From the human T2T-CHM13v2.0 reference genome, Homo sapiens, in assembly GCF_009914755.1 (NCBI RefSeq), contig NC_060925.1: a stretch of DNA of 64,000 nt; one strand, given 5' to 3'. The position numbers and the translations under genes were made by a program. Numbering within the stretch: the first letter of the stretch is position 1; each line of letters opens with the position of its first letter. The notes beneath the pieces were generated by a model, which did no database searches, was not told the origin of the DNA, and worked only from the letters and a program-made list of their open reading frames with translations. Positions 49,124 through 64,000 of the stretch are shown here, one piece after another.

Positions 49124-51659
49124 TAGAGATGGGGTTTCACTATGTTGGCCAGGCTGGTCTCCAACTCCTGACCTCAGGTGATCCTCCCACTTCAGCCTCC
49201 CGAAGTACTGGGATTACAGGCATGAGCCACCGCACCCAACCTTGTTTTTTTAGAGTCAGGTCTCGCTGTCGTCCAGACTGGTGCAGCGATGTGATCACAG
49301 TTCACTGCAGGCCGGAACCCCGGGGCTCAAGTGATTGTGATCCTCCGACCACAGCCTCCCTAGCAGCTGGGACTACAGGCACAAGCCACCATGCCTGGCC
49401 AAGTTTTTAAATTTTTTGTAGAGACAGGGTTTCATTATGCTGCTGGGCTGGTCTTAAAACTCCTGGCCTCTGGAGATCCTCCTGCCTTGGCCTTCCCGAG
49501 AGTTGGGATTACGGGTGTGAGCCATAGTGTCTGGCTCCCACTTCTTGAAATGTGGCTTTCCTTTTTATTTTTTAAGCTGAAAGCAGCTCAACTGACAAAC
49601 AGATTCCCCAAAGACCACCCAAACCAACTTTTAAGAGTTCATGGACCCAGTTTAGGAAGCATGACTAGTCTGGTCTCCTCATTCTACTGTCTTCTCTGGT
49701 CAACTTGCTTCTGCAACTAGAAATTAATCATGGAAAGGTGAAGGCAGGCTGGAATGTGGCTTTCCGAGTCACTGTGTGTTGTCTCTGAACTCTCTGGAAG
49801 AACTGGGATGAAAGGCAGTCTTCACATATGAAGAACAATAAGGTAGAAACATCACAATGGAAAAGACACGTTCTCAACCTGGCTCAATCTCAGCCTCTCT
49901 TGGGACCTCTTACCTCTCTGAGCCTGTTTCCACATCTGCCTACTTCACATTAGGTTGTCTCGAGGGACTGCACATGAAAGTGCCAGAGTAGGTTCTTGCT
50001 GGCATCTGGCTGACTTCTTCCGGACCACAGTTGTTCCACAGCATGAAGATGCAGCCTGCCACCCACGAGTGGTTCAGAGGATGATCCAGGAGGCTGAGTT
50101 GGCTGCTGCCTTCTTTCACTTTGGCCAGGAGAGCAGTGAGAGCACAGTGCACCCGGGATACTGAGGCCCTGCCACCCGCTTGTCATCAGGGAGAAGAGGC
50201 AGGAGCTGGTGCCACCATCTGCTTCTCACCACCCTCCATCAATACCCTGCTGGCTTGACTGCCTGCTGGCTCCATAGCTTGGGTTCTTGTTGGTTCACAG
50301 AAACAAAATCCTTTAAAATTATATTTCTGGAATCTTATAAAGTGCTAGGCAGACACAGAGATCACAACAGCTCCAAACTTTGTTATTGGCTCTAAACCAA
50401 AGTTGCACACTGGCTTATTCAAATCTAAAAAGCCCAGCCTGGTCCCTGGGTGAGTACCACATGGCTAAAATTAGCCTGGCCATCTGCTGAGACAGCAGCT
50501 GGGCTATTCTGAGCCCCAGCAGGCCTGCCTGAAGTGGAGCTGGGCCTGGGAGTAAGTGCTGGAGAGGCTGGACACTTCACAGTTAAGGGGACTACAGGGA
50601 GGGACATGGAGGATGAGGCCACACTGAGAGGGAAGGCCAGTGTCATGGTGATGGTTTCACAGGATAGAAAAAACACAGGATGGTTTCTGTGTCCTGTTCT
50701 CTAGTTTCTCCTCTTACCTGGAGCTTCCTTTTTGGATTCAGACTCGAGCAAAACCACTCTTTGGGATTTTAACAATAATGACTAAGATTTATGAAGCACT
50801 TATTATAGGTCAGGAACCACACGAAGTACTTCAGGAGAATCAGCACACACACTCTCAAGACAATTCTAAAAGGTAGGTACAAGATCTGGGGGATTCAGAA
50901 TGGCCTGATTGTTCCTTTTACAGAGCCCATGAGAGAGGTTTGGTTGAAAGCACCAGACAGGCATGAGCCCTGGCTCAGACAACCCCAAGAATATAGGGAT
51001 TCCCTTCTGTGGGCCCTCACCCCTGCCTGCCTTCATCTCTGGAAAGGACCAAGAGTATCCTCAGAATCCAGAATCCACTGAACTAAAGGGCAGGACTTTT
51101 AGGGGTACAAATGTGATGTACACATTTATAGGTACCCTATAATAAAGAACTCGATTTGAGTGTATGCATAGCCATTGTAACTCACCATCAGAAACCCTAC
51201 ACTCAGGCTAGACTTGTTCTGTGGCTTAAAACTGCAGCGTCTTAGCCGGGTGGAGTGGCTCATACCTATAATCCCAGCACTTTGAGAGGCCGAGGCAGGT
51301 GGATCACTTGAGGCCAGGAGTTTGAGGCCAGCCTGGCCAACATGGTGAAACCCCATCTCTACTAAAAACACAAAAATTAGCAGGGCGTGGTGGTGTGTGC
51401 CTGTAATCCCAGCTACTAGGGAGGCTGTGGCGGGAGAATCCCCTGAACCCGGGAGGCAGAAGTTGTAGGGAGGTGGAGGTTGCAGTGAGCTGAGATGGCG
51501 CCACTGCACTCCAATTTGGCCTGGGCAACAGAGTGAGACTCTGTTTCAAAAAACCCCAAAACACAACAACAAAACCCCCTAAAACCTGCAATGTCTCTGC
51601 CCCTCTAACTGGCTGCTTTGGTCTTTTTTTCTGTAATTGGTCATGAAGCCATAGTGGAC

Positions 51660-52600
51660 ATCTGTGACATTCCTTCTAGCACCCATTCCTTACTTCCTTT
51701 GCCCTCAGCCAGAACCTGTTGACTAGAGTGACCCAAGCCTTCGTTCCTGAAGGGTCTGAATTTTCCACAGTGCTGTCATTTTTTGGAGTTGCAGTGTTTT
51801 TGGTTGCTGTACTTCCCCTTGCCTTTACCACTGGACATGGTGGCACTAAAGCCCTCCCGAGAATCTCCTGGGCTCTAGACATAGTCCTGCTTGCCTCCCT
51901 GTGCAGCATCCCACTTTCCCCTTGGTAATCAGGATCAGTCCCTTCTGCCAGCAAGGTCACCCCCTCCTCTGCACATTGCTGCAGTGGTACAAGGAGCCCC
52001 AAACAGCCATATGGTAGCCTCATCTTCTAAGTCGATGAAACCATAATTGTGTTGTCCGCTAGAAGCATCTCTCCCTTAGGGACTAAGACCTCCAAACACA
52101 AGCCCTGTGAGGGGATATCAGATGTGGTGACAGCAAGAGGAACTACTCCCACCTCACCCACTGGTTCCCAGACCCATGTGCTTTGGCTGGGGGGGAGACA
52201 CCAGGTTGGTCTCTGATTTCAAGCCTCTACTGCATCCGTAAGATGAAACCCCATCCCTTCAGGACGCTGTCTCACAAATGGCACCATCATGAGCCATTCT
52301 ACTCTTCATTTAGGTCATTTCTGGGTGATGGGGCATGTGGCAAAACCAGTTAATTCTAAGTACAAGCCTGATGCTGAACTCTGTGCTGTAGAATGAGGTC
52401 GCTGATCAGAAGCAAAGCTATACAGAATGCCACAGTGGTGGGTGGCATTGAGTGCTCTGAGTCCACATGGCCCATAGGACGCACACCAGCTGTCCCTATT
52501 ACCAGCACTGTTCCCTAGTCCAGTGGGCAACATTTTTCACATAAGGGCTAATTCGCTGAGGAGGAAGGTGTTTACAGGCCACATTTTCTTTACTTTTGAA
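51660..52600 (-). mobile_element. Ancient ERVL/MaLR internal remnant
   Basis: Decayed peptide GVTLLAEGTDPDYQGE is typical of the ERVL 3' internal region. Confidence 0.55.
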
Positions 52601-53564
52601 GTCTCCAAAATATATCTTATAACCTAGATGACCTGCTCTAGAGAACAGTAAAGAGAAATGAGAAAACCAACATTGACCTCTTAAGCCATACAAATGGGCA
52701 TATTTGGCACATGCCAAAGGGAAGCTGCCATCTAACCTTCCATGCTGAGGCTGAATGGCAGAAGTGAGGGGGCAGTGGGATGCTAAGCACTGTATCAGAC
52801 CTCCCTAAACCTCAATGGCCTCAACTTAGACTCAATTTGGCAGGCCCTGCCTGATGAAATGGTGGAAACACTATGCCTCAAAAAAGCAACCACCAATCTC
52901 TGAGGAGTCAAAACAGAATTTAAGGGAAAGGCAATGACACCACTTTGAGAAATGCGAACTCCTAAAGCACCTGGGTGTACTTTATAGAGCGGAATAAAAC
53001 CAGCCCAACAGGTCAGAGGTGAATGATTCCCAATGTTCAGATCTTAACAGTTAAGATACAAGGTTTCTGAAGGCCAAAAGACAATGCAGCTTCCAGGCTT
53101 TTGGTGTAAACAATTAACACTGAGTACATACTATGCCCGCACCAGGGACAAGGCCACCATTAGATTTCATTCCTAAAAGCAGTACTTGAGGTTTGCCCTA
53201 AGGCAAAGTTCTAGGCAAATCATTCTATAGCAGCTTCGCCTTAGAGCTCTGGGACGCTTGAAGGAATGGTTCTTCACCTCTTGTGTAGCAAGAGATAACC
53301 ACTGATGCAGAATTCATTGGCTAGCACATTGGCTAAAACACTACTGTGTACGCAGCGCATCTTTTATAGATGTATGCATGCACCACTGTGTGCAACAGTG
53401 TGCTCTGACATGTGAGCCCAGTACTGCCTTGGGCAACTACTGTTGGCCAAGGGCACTTCCAGGCACAAAGGCGGGAGGAGGGCAGCTCACCAGGAGGGGC
53501 AGAGGGCTATACCTCTCTCTTCTCTCATGGAGCACCCCGAGTTTCTATGCAAGGTTGGCTTTAA

Positions 53565-53663
53565 TTTTTTTTTTTTTTTTTGAGATGGAGTCTCGCTGTG
53601 TTGCCCAGGCTGGAGTGCAGTGGCGCGATCTCGGCTCACTGCAGGCTCCAACCCCAGGTTCAC
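53565..53663 (-). mobile_element. 5'-truncated AluY-like fragment
   Basis: Only the 3' ~80 nt plus tail; TSD GGTTGGCTTTAATTTT. Confidence 0.85.
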
Positions 53664-54822
53664 GGTTGGCTTTAATTTTTAAACGAAATTCTCACATTTT
53701 AGTTGCTACCCTGAGATAGGACTTGAATTTTTTTTTTGAGACCGGAGTCTTGCTCTGTTGCCACACATGATCTCAGCTCACTGCAACCTCTGACTCCCGG
53801 GTTCAAGCGACTCTCCTGCCTCAGCCTCCTGAGTAGCTGGGATTCCAGGTGAGCGCCACCATGTCTAGCTAATTTTTGTATTTTTAGTAGAGATGAAATT
53901 TTACCAGTTGGCGAAGATGGTCTCCATCTCCTGACCTCGTGAACCGCCCGCCTTGGCCTCCCAAAATGTTGGGATTACAGGTGTTAGCCACTGCATCCGG
54001 CCAGGACTTGAATTTTTTTAAAGTGAAGGGAGAAAAGCAGAATGTGTATACTAAAACATAAAGTGCTAATTTCTCTCTTTTGAAAGGAAAATAGATTGAG
54101 AAATGTGAATCTTCCTTAAAAAAAGAAACCAGTTTTGATTACAGGGAACTCACTAAGTAATCACTCCAACCTAAAAATACTTATTTCATCAGGTACTGTG
54201 AGGGTAATTGCCTTTCTCTGTGCTGATTAAAAAAAAAGGTAAAGAGTGCAGAATACTCAGGAGCCCAAGAGCCGAACAGCCTGGATTGCTGGATGATCAG
54301 GAGAGAGGGTCTCCAGGTCAAAGGTGCTGGTCTTGAACTCCTGGCCTCAAATGATCCTCCCACCTCGGCCTCCCAAAGCACTGGGATTACAGGTGTGAGC
54401 TACTACCTCACTTGTCCCCTTCCGTAAAAGGTCAGAGGTGACATAAGACACTGGCCCTGCTTTCAGGCAATTGAAACGTAAACATTTAAGTATGATTCTC
54501 AAATGCAGAGCAGTTGTACAAGGCAATGTGGTGTATGAAAGGCAGTCCTCCAGAGAGCAGGATGAGTTCATCACCACAATGCATCTGATAAGCCGAAAAA
54601 AAAAAAAAGTGTCTCCTATGCCTGGTGCTTGGCCCACCCTTAGGTGGGGCATTCCCATTAAGCAATGCTATTTGCTGCCTGGCACGTTCTGGGGTTTCAC
54701 AGATTAAGGGTAGAAACAATCCCCCCAAAGTCTCTTGGGACCTTGCACTGTGAAGATTAACCATATCTGTAGTCAGAATGAGACCAGACACGCAATACAC
54801 AAATAGAGAAGGCATCTGCATT

Positions 54823-54828
54823 TTTAAT
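54823..54828 (-). terminator. PARP1: Distal polyadenylation signal ATTAAA of PARP1
   Basis: Followed by the GU-rich element TTTGTGTATTGCGTGTCTGGTCT. Confidence 0.8.
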
Positions 54829-55131
54829 CGAGTATTACTATTAGCCCTTGGGTAAGTATATTTGTGGTAGAGTTTTAATTTGGAAGACAAAAGTGCCCAT
54901 AAGAAAGTCAAGAATTTCAAATGCAACTTTTAATACTACATATTTCAAGAGCTCCCATGTTCAGTATTCCTGGAGAAGGAAAGCTCTTTTTGTTTCTAAG
55001 TATGAGAAATTGTTAGCGTTCCTTCCTTTGGTCTTCCCACACCCCTCACCACAAGAGGCAAACAAAAAAAACTAAAAAGGGGACAATAAGTGCAAGATAA
55101 AAAAGAAAATCTAAATAGTATGAAATTAGTT

Positions 55132-55137
55132 TTTATT
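55132..55137 (-). terminator. PARP1: Proximal polyadenylation signal AATAAA in the PARP1 3' UTR
   Basis: Canonical hexamer followed by a U-rich tract. Confidence 0.65.
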
Positions 55138-55572
55138 TTTAACTAAAAATAAATGCTTAACATCTTTCCAAAATCAAAACTAAAGACGAACACTTAGAAA
55201 AAAGGGTGGAAGTGTATTTTTCCTTCCCTGGGGAAACCAGTAAGGCAGACATTCTAACGAAGCTTGGTTTTTTCCATAGGACTAGTCTATGCAACAGAAT
55301 CTCTCTCCAGCCTTTTCTCTATGTCAGTTTTATCTACCTGGCAAGAAAAAACAAAAACAACCCCAAAACAACCCCTCCCCACAGACACAACACAAAACAA
55401 GGGACTTGAGAAGTTAGAGAAAACCTTTAACACGTTTCTGTAAAATCCTTTCTGAGGTGGTTTAGTACAGGTACTACCCATCAGCAACTTAGCGGCCAGG
55501 TGAGTTGGTGCAGAAGCGCTTCGGGTGAATTCATACCAGAGCCACCGGGTGTGACTCGGCTACCTCTCCCAA

Positions 55573-56553
<981 letters not shown>

Positions 56554-57015
56554 CTCATGTGCTCATTTTAAAGACATGCTCTATCTTTCTTCAGATATAA
56601 AACTAAGGCAATAAACCAAAGTTCCCAGGGCATCAACCTTCACTGAGTTTAATGAGAACAGTGGCAGTACCCTCCCTACAGGATCACATTTCGGCTCAAT
56701 AGAATTTCAAAGCGGCCACTTCAACCAGGCAGTGGAAGGTTCTAAATCATATGCTGCAAATTCTAGCAATCCAAGATGCTCCAGGCACTACTATGTCACG
56801 AGAGGTCCCTCACTGCTGTAGCTACAAGTTAGGTTAAAGCCGAAACCCATGCACCTGGTTACTGGTGCCTGCACCAAGATTCTCCTGTGGCATCTGTGAT
56901 ACCAGCTGCAGCCACAGAGAGTGAACTGTTTTTAAAAATGAACCTCCTGCTATAGAGCTTGCCTATTTTTTTTTTTTTTACAAAAATAAATAAAATGAAC
57001 CTCCAATCATGGTCA

Positions 57016-57291
<276 letters not shown>

Positions 57292-58052
57292 TCAGAAGAG
57301 GCCTTCACACTGGGCTCTCGAAACCAACAGTTTCATTAGGAGAATAAGATCAGATACAGAGATGAGATAAAAGTCCACAAAACCCAGACCATCTAAACTG
57401 CTCAGGCTCCCTCCTGAGTTTCTGGAACTGTTCCAGAACCTGAAACTGCAGTTGCGGCTGAACATAGTTTGTGCCCAGCGATCACTGCTATGGGGCCATT
57501 TTCAAGGCAAGGCCCTATTTGGAGTGGTGGTCAGCAGCTCTAGGTTTCCGTCCACATTCCACAGTCCCCAGACCCCTGGCCTTTTACATGACCTTGTGCT
57601 TTTGGTTACAGTTCACAGGACTAGGGTCGATGTCCAAATCAAGCTGGACTAATCAGATCTTTCTCTATGGAGAATCTGGAAGTGGAATTAAAATTCCAGT
57701 TCCATTTGGGTTGGTCTAAGAAAACTGAAACACTGGTGAGTGGAGGAGGCGGCCTGGGGGATCATCCTTTGTGCAACTCAATCTCTCTGCTTCCCAGTCC
57801 ATGGAGAGAAGACACTGCCAGCTCTGGAGGCCTGGCTGCGTTCCTGCCCTTGCATTTCCTGAAGTATCCCTGTATCTCCCTTGTTCCCTTAACTTGAATT
57901 GGATTCTGCTACTTATAAGAAAAGAATCCTAATTGGTGGGTCCAGTAACTGCAGTGGGGAATTTCTACTCTCCCAGCCAAGGGGAGTTCTGCCTATAGCC
58001 CATTCCACCTGTCCCCATGAAATGCCATCAGTCCCAGAGCCAGGTTTACTCA

Positions 58053-58226
<174 letters not shown>

Positions 58227-59112
58227 TTAGGAGCAGCTGTTCACTGAGTGCCAACTTGAGCAAGCCACCCAGCTAAGTGCTGCAATCCATCACTTCTAAT
58301 TCTCACAATGCCCATGGTGAGGAAATACCAAAGTTTTAGCTCACAAGCCAGGCTGTCAGATCCTAGCTCTGCCAGGTGCCAAGGAGCTGCAAGAAGCTAC
58401 GTAACCTCTCTGGACTCTACTTGCCTCTTTTCTCAAATGGGGAACACAGTCTCATGGAGCTGCCATGAGGACGGAATGAGCTCATCAGTGTTACTTAAAC
58501 TAGCGCCTGTCAACACCCAAGGAATGCAGGCTGGTATTTTTATTCCCTTTTGTAAATGAAACACGAGGTTCACAAAGGGTAGGCCATTTGCCCGTTATAC
58601 ACTACTGCACAGCCCCAGAGAGAATCATTTAAACTTCTCTCCTCCTCATTCTACAACTGTGAAACAAGAGGCTTAGAAGGTCCTGTCCAGGTGGACCCAT
58701 CTAGAATCCAGCAGGTGGCATCACGATCCCTCGTGTCTAGGTAAAGCCTTACTCATTCATCGCTACGTTTTCCTGCTGAAGACACTGACACTCAGAGGTG
58801 GCCCGGCTGGGAAGTGGTAGAGATAAGCCTGGACTCAGCTTGGCCTGTAGCCACGTGTCTGTTCTTTGCTTGTCAACACACCCGATTAGCATCTGCAGCA
58901 GGCCCTGGCCTGGATGCTCTGCCTCCTTTGTTCCAGAAACTGTGTTTGAAACCCCTGACAGGGTTAGGGTCAGGAGGATAAAAGGGTGAAGGCCCAAAGA
59001 AAGGATGTCTGGCAGAATCCCCCTAAACCAACTAGACCTCTTGCTCAAAGTTCTTTATGGAGACACCTGCAGAGACAGGCATTGCCCACCCCTCGCCAGG
59101 CCAGGCACATAC

Positions 59113-59265
59113 CACGGGCGCTTCAGGCGGGGCTATCCGAAGACCCTGGGACAGGATCCCAGCAAAGTTGGTGGTCCTGGACCCGTGCCACAGCAATCTT
59201 CGGTTATGAAGCTGCTTAAAGGGCTTGTAACGCTGGCATTCGCCTTCACGCTCTATCTTAAAGAT
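59113..59265 (-). CDS. PARP1: PARP1 exon ~19 (IFKIEREG...[11 protein letters not shown]...PPEAPV), includes catalytic His862
   Basis: 153 nt, AG/GT flanks, PARP signature LWHGS. Confidence 0.97.
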
Positions 59266-59477
59266 CTGGTTGGAGTAGTAAACAAAGGGAAGGACAAAAG
59301 AAGCCATTTGTTACTCTGGTTGACTGAAAGACAGGACTGGATACACGAGAAATGACCGGCTGTCCCTAAGGCTAGAAGACTTAAGGTCTGCTGCAATGTA
59401 AAAAGTGTTTTCCACAAGGCTGGGATGGAAGGTCCAGGTCCTGCCCAGCAGCGCCCAGCCATTGCTGGTTAGTATTA

Positions 59478-59915
<438 letters not shown>

Positions 59916-59987
59916 CTACTAATTTTTCTGCTGAACAAATGAGTCACTTCTTTGGGTTATTTAAAGTAAATAAACTGCTCTTTTCTA

Positions 59988-60362
<375 letters not shown>

Positions 60363-61409
60363 TCATCTACTTGGGCTGCTAGAGAATCTCAGGGTTCCTT
60401 TTTGTCTTAAAATTCTATGTTTTGGGATATCAGGGAAGCTAGAATGTGGGATTCACTGTCAGTGAACAGGGCATCTCCAGAACAAGCAATTGGCTCCTGG
60501 AAGAGAGTCCAGCTCAGCATGAGTTAAAACACAATGGGCCAGAGGAAGTCACAGCTATGATGTGCAATGAAAATTATCCCTGGCTCAGAGCACAGGCCTA
60601 ACAAGCATCTGTCAAATAGCTGATGTAATCTATGCTCAGTAAGCCTGAGTATTACGGAGGAGACTAGTTATGTTTTATTTTCATATTTATATTCAAACTT
60701 CAGAAAACCTAGAATGCTGGTCTACCTCCCTGTCTTTTAATTAAAAGGCTTCAGAATTGTAAAAAGAGAATAAGAATCCCTTCACGAAGAACCACACCTA
60801 CAGTTTTCCCATCAGGAAGGTGCTCTAGGGGCAAAACAAATGACATGTGGTGTCTTACCCTGCTTGGACCCATAGGTCTATACTTTGTCCTAGGAAAGAA
60901 GCCAAGGCTCTTTCTTTAGCGATGTAAACACCTGGTACCAGACTCAACATACTCTCGCCCACCCAAACCCCTGCAACACTGCAGGGAATGGGCTGAGGAC
61001 AATGGGGCACATGAGTGTGGAGATAGGCTCAAGGACCGGGCCATCTAGAAGCTGAGGCAAAAATCCCTCCTCTAGTTGGTCTAAGCGGGGTGTTCAGAGA
61101 CTGTGTGTGCCAACACAGTCCACTTCAGCACCAGAGAAAAATGAACCCAAGCATTGTGTTTTTATTACAGGTGCCATCAAGCATTTCCACTTCTGAAATG
61201 GACACCGGTAATAAGTCTTCTAAAAGTTCACGCTACAAGGGTTTAGAAAAACAGAGCTCCTCTCTAGATTAAGGAGAGGAAACAAACAAACAAACAAACA
61301 AAAAAGAACTTTTGGTAAGACCCTCAAAAATAAATTTGTACGCCAAGCTGAGGTGCTGGCTTGGAAGGCTGCCTTGCAAACAAGGTGCATTATCTACACG
61401 TGAAACGCC

Positions 61410-61545
61410 CAAAGGTTCTCAAAGGACCACCAGCAGCAATGTCCGGGAACTTGTTAGAAAAGTGAATTATTGGGCGCCAGCCACCTGTGTTTTAACAAGC
61501 TTTCCAGGAGATCCTAACACACATGGAAGTTTGGGACCGCTGCTC
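61410..61545. mobile_element. MER5A-like element in a PARP1 intron
   Basis: GGTTCTCAAA..GAACTTGTTAGAAA..TGTGTTTTAACAAGC..AGTTTGGGACCGCTG. Confidence 0.65.
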
Positions 61546-61591
61546 TCAGGATGAGAGGTTAAGATGCTTGAGGAAGGCCTGACCCTGTTAC

Positions 61592-61720
61592 CTTAATGTC
61601 AGTTTTGAGCTTCTCATAGTTGACATCGATGGGATCCTTGCTGCTATCATCAGACCCTCCCCTGAGCAGACTGTAGGCCACCTCGATGTCCAGCAGGTTG
61701 TCAAGCATTTCCACCTTGGC
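61592..61720 (-). CDS. PARP1: PARP1 exon ~17 ([43 protein letters not shown])
   Basis: 129 nt, AG/GT flanks, recognised peptide; missing from the ORF track. Confidence 0.96.
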
Positions 61721-62310
61721 CTGGAGGAGCAAAAGAAAGCCCCCGACTTAGGTATCATGGTGAATGAGACAGACTCACCCAGGTGGCAGAGAAAACCTAC
61801 ATGCAGAGAAGGTCCAACACAGTGAATGGCAAACCCTCCTGCTGGTCAGGGCCAGCCTGTTACCTGCTGCACATATTGAGAGCTCATAAGGACTTTCTGG
61901 AATGTTAACAAGGCCTTGTGGCCTGGGGGAGTTGAGAGGTGGAAGAACTGTCTTTCCTCTCGTACATGCTGACATTTGGGACCTACAGTGAAGGTACTTT
62001 AGACAAATGGGTCCTGAGCCAGGAGCTGTCTTAAAAGGCAGGGAGGGAAAATGGGGAGGAAGATGCTGTTATGAGGGAGAGGCTGTCCCTCTCCAACAGC
62101 TCTTTCCCCAGTGGATTTGGTAGAACAGGGGCAGGAAAAACAGCTCTGCCTCCATCAATGTGGGTAGAAACCCAACTTCAAAACAAGGGCAAGAGGGTGG
62201 CCCTCCCAGCATTGGTGCTGCCCTCAGGGATCATGATGGGGAGGGACGGCTGCAAGGTAGTCACACCCCAGCCCAGCAGACCTGCAGTCCCTTCTGAACC
62301 CTTGCGCTAC

Positions 62311-62433
62311 CTGCACACTGTCTGCATTGTTCAGGAGCGGAGGCTTCTTCATCCCAAAGTCGTGGGGGATCAGGGTGTAAAAGCGATTTGAGAGATCCAG
62401 GATCTGAGAGTCGCTGCTGCCCTGAGACACCGC
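62311..62433 (-). CDS. PARP1: PARP1 exon ~16 ([41 protein letters not shown]), helical regulatory domain
   Basis: 123 nt, AG/GT flanks, phase 0-0, recognised peptide. Confidence 0.96.
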
Positions 62434-63640
62434 CTGGAGAGGAGGGGACAGAAGGAATGCAAGACTGAGGGAGCAGCTCCAAGCCCCCGGCCAGGCTTTC
62501 TCTTCTAGCAGGTGGGTGCTGCAGCAGGTCCAGAAGTAGCGTGGTATGTGCACATGCCAGGACACATGGGAAACGACCAGAAGACCATCTTCCTGTTAAA
62601 GAGCAGGGCAGGACCCCCATCCTCTAAAAGCACTGCTCAACACGTGATGGGCTTCTCCCATGAAGTTTCATTTGTACAAAGAACTGTGCAGTTACAGACA
62701 TTTGAAACCCCGCCACAACTATGCAAAATGTTAACTGTAAAATCTAGGTGGTGGGCTAATGACTATTGCTGTAAAATTCCTTCAACTTTTTGTATGTTTG
62801 AAACATTTTCATAATAAAATGTTGGGAGGAGGTTGCCCATCGCTATAAAATTCTGTCAGGCTCCCTGCCTCCACTGACCTTCATTGGAATTAGTTTTTAC
62901 TGTACCTGGAGGTTGAGGTGGCCAGGCACAGAAAGGCTAAGCAATCCTTACACTCACTGCCAGTGTCACTTGGTGCTCTATATGCAAAGGGTGCACAAAA
63001 AATGCACAGAGATGGAAGAGCGGGGCCACTGGGATTCCAGGAATTTCGCAGACAGCCTAGGTGACCACAGGAAGGTCAAGGGAATATGAAGTGGCACCCA
63101 GCAGGTCCGAAGCCCCACGCCTGCTTCTCGCTGTGACATGGACTTCACCAAGTTGTACAACTTCCATCTGTGCTGCCCAGGTGGCTCTGGCAATGGGTAA
63201 GGATGCTATTCCAGCTCTTCTTCCTGAAGACTATTGCATGGGAAGAAGCTGGGGCCGAGGAAAGCCTTGTAAGTTCTCAGTCAGTAAGGAACAAGGAGAG
63301 AGGTTCACTGCTCAGAGCCAGCTGTAACTGAAGTTGACAGATCCGGTTCAGCGCCTTTTCTCCAGCACCAGCCAGAAAGCCCGCTGCCTGGGCCCACTTC
63401 TGCTTCCTGTGTGCTTTCCTTCTTTCTACAGGCCAGGCCTGCACCCACCCACAAATATAAGCGGAACCCTCCAGCCCCTCCAGGATGTAGCTGGAAGGCT
63501 CCGGGACTGGTAGACCTTGAAAGATGCTCAAAGAATGTTGAAATAACATGAATGAAAGAGGCTTCCATTTGATGACTTCCTAGTAACTGCAAAATAAACT
63601 CTGCCTAACTCTTAAGGACACATAAAATAAAAACCACAAC

Positions 63641-63999
<359 letters not shown>

Positions 64000-64000
64000 G

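Larger units (their letters stand above)
54804..55572 (-). other. PARP1: PARP1 3' UTR
   Basis: Follows the stop codon, U-rich, ends about 20 nt after ATTAAA with GU-rich sequence downstream. Confidence 0.85.

Overview
Human genomic DNA, recognisable as the LIN9-PARP1 interval (chr1q42.12, from recall). Both genes are on the minus strand. The left end holds the CpG-island promoter and first coding exon of LIN9 (MuvB/DREAM subunit). The right end holds the last eight exons of PARP1 (approx. exons 16-23; helical and catalytic ART domains) and its 3' UTR. The ~51 kb between them is very Alu-rich. It contains a deeply nested transposon stack (L1M > HSMAR2 mariner > LTR, U13 snoRNA retrocopy, YBX1 processed pseudogene > AluY), an LTR12 solo LTR, a complete two-LTR THE1 element, and a decayed SPCS3 retrocopy that appears semi-processed. 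Almost all ORFs in the supplied track are Alu- or GC-derived noise. I see no convincing new multi-gene system. The best leads are the SPCS3 copy, a phase-matched alternative LIN9 first exon, and the U12 intron that splits the PARP1 catalytic Glu codon and carries a duplicated hairpin. Gene and repeat-subfamily names come from sequence recognition, not database searches, and repeat boundaries are approximate unless target-site duplications (TSDs) are quoted.
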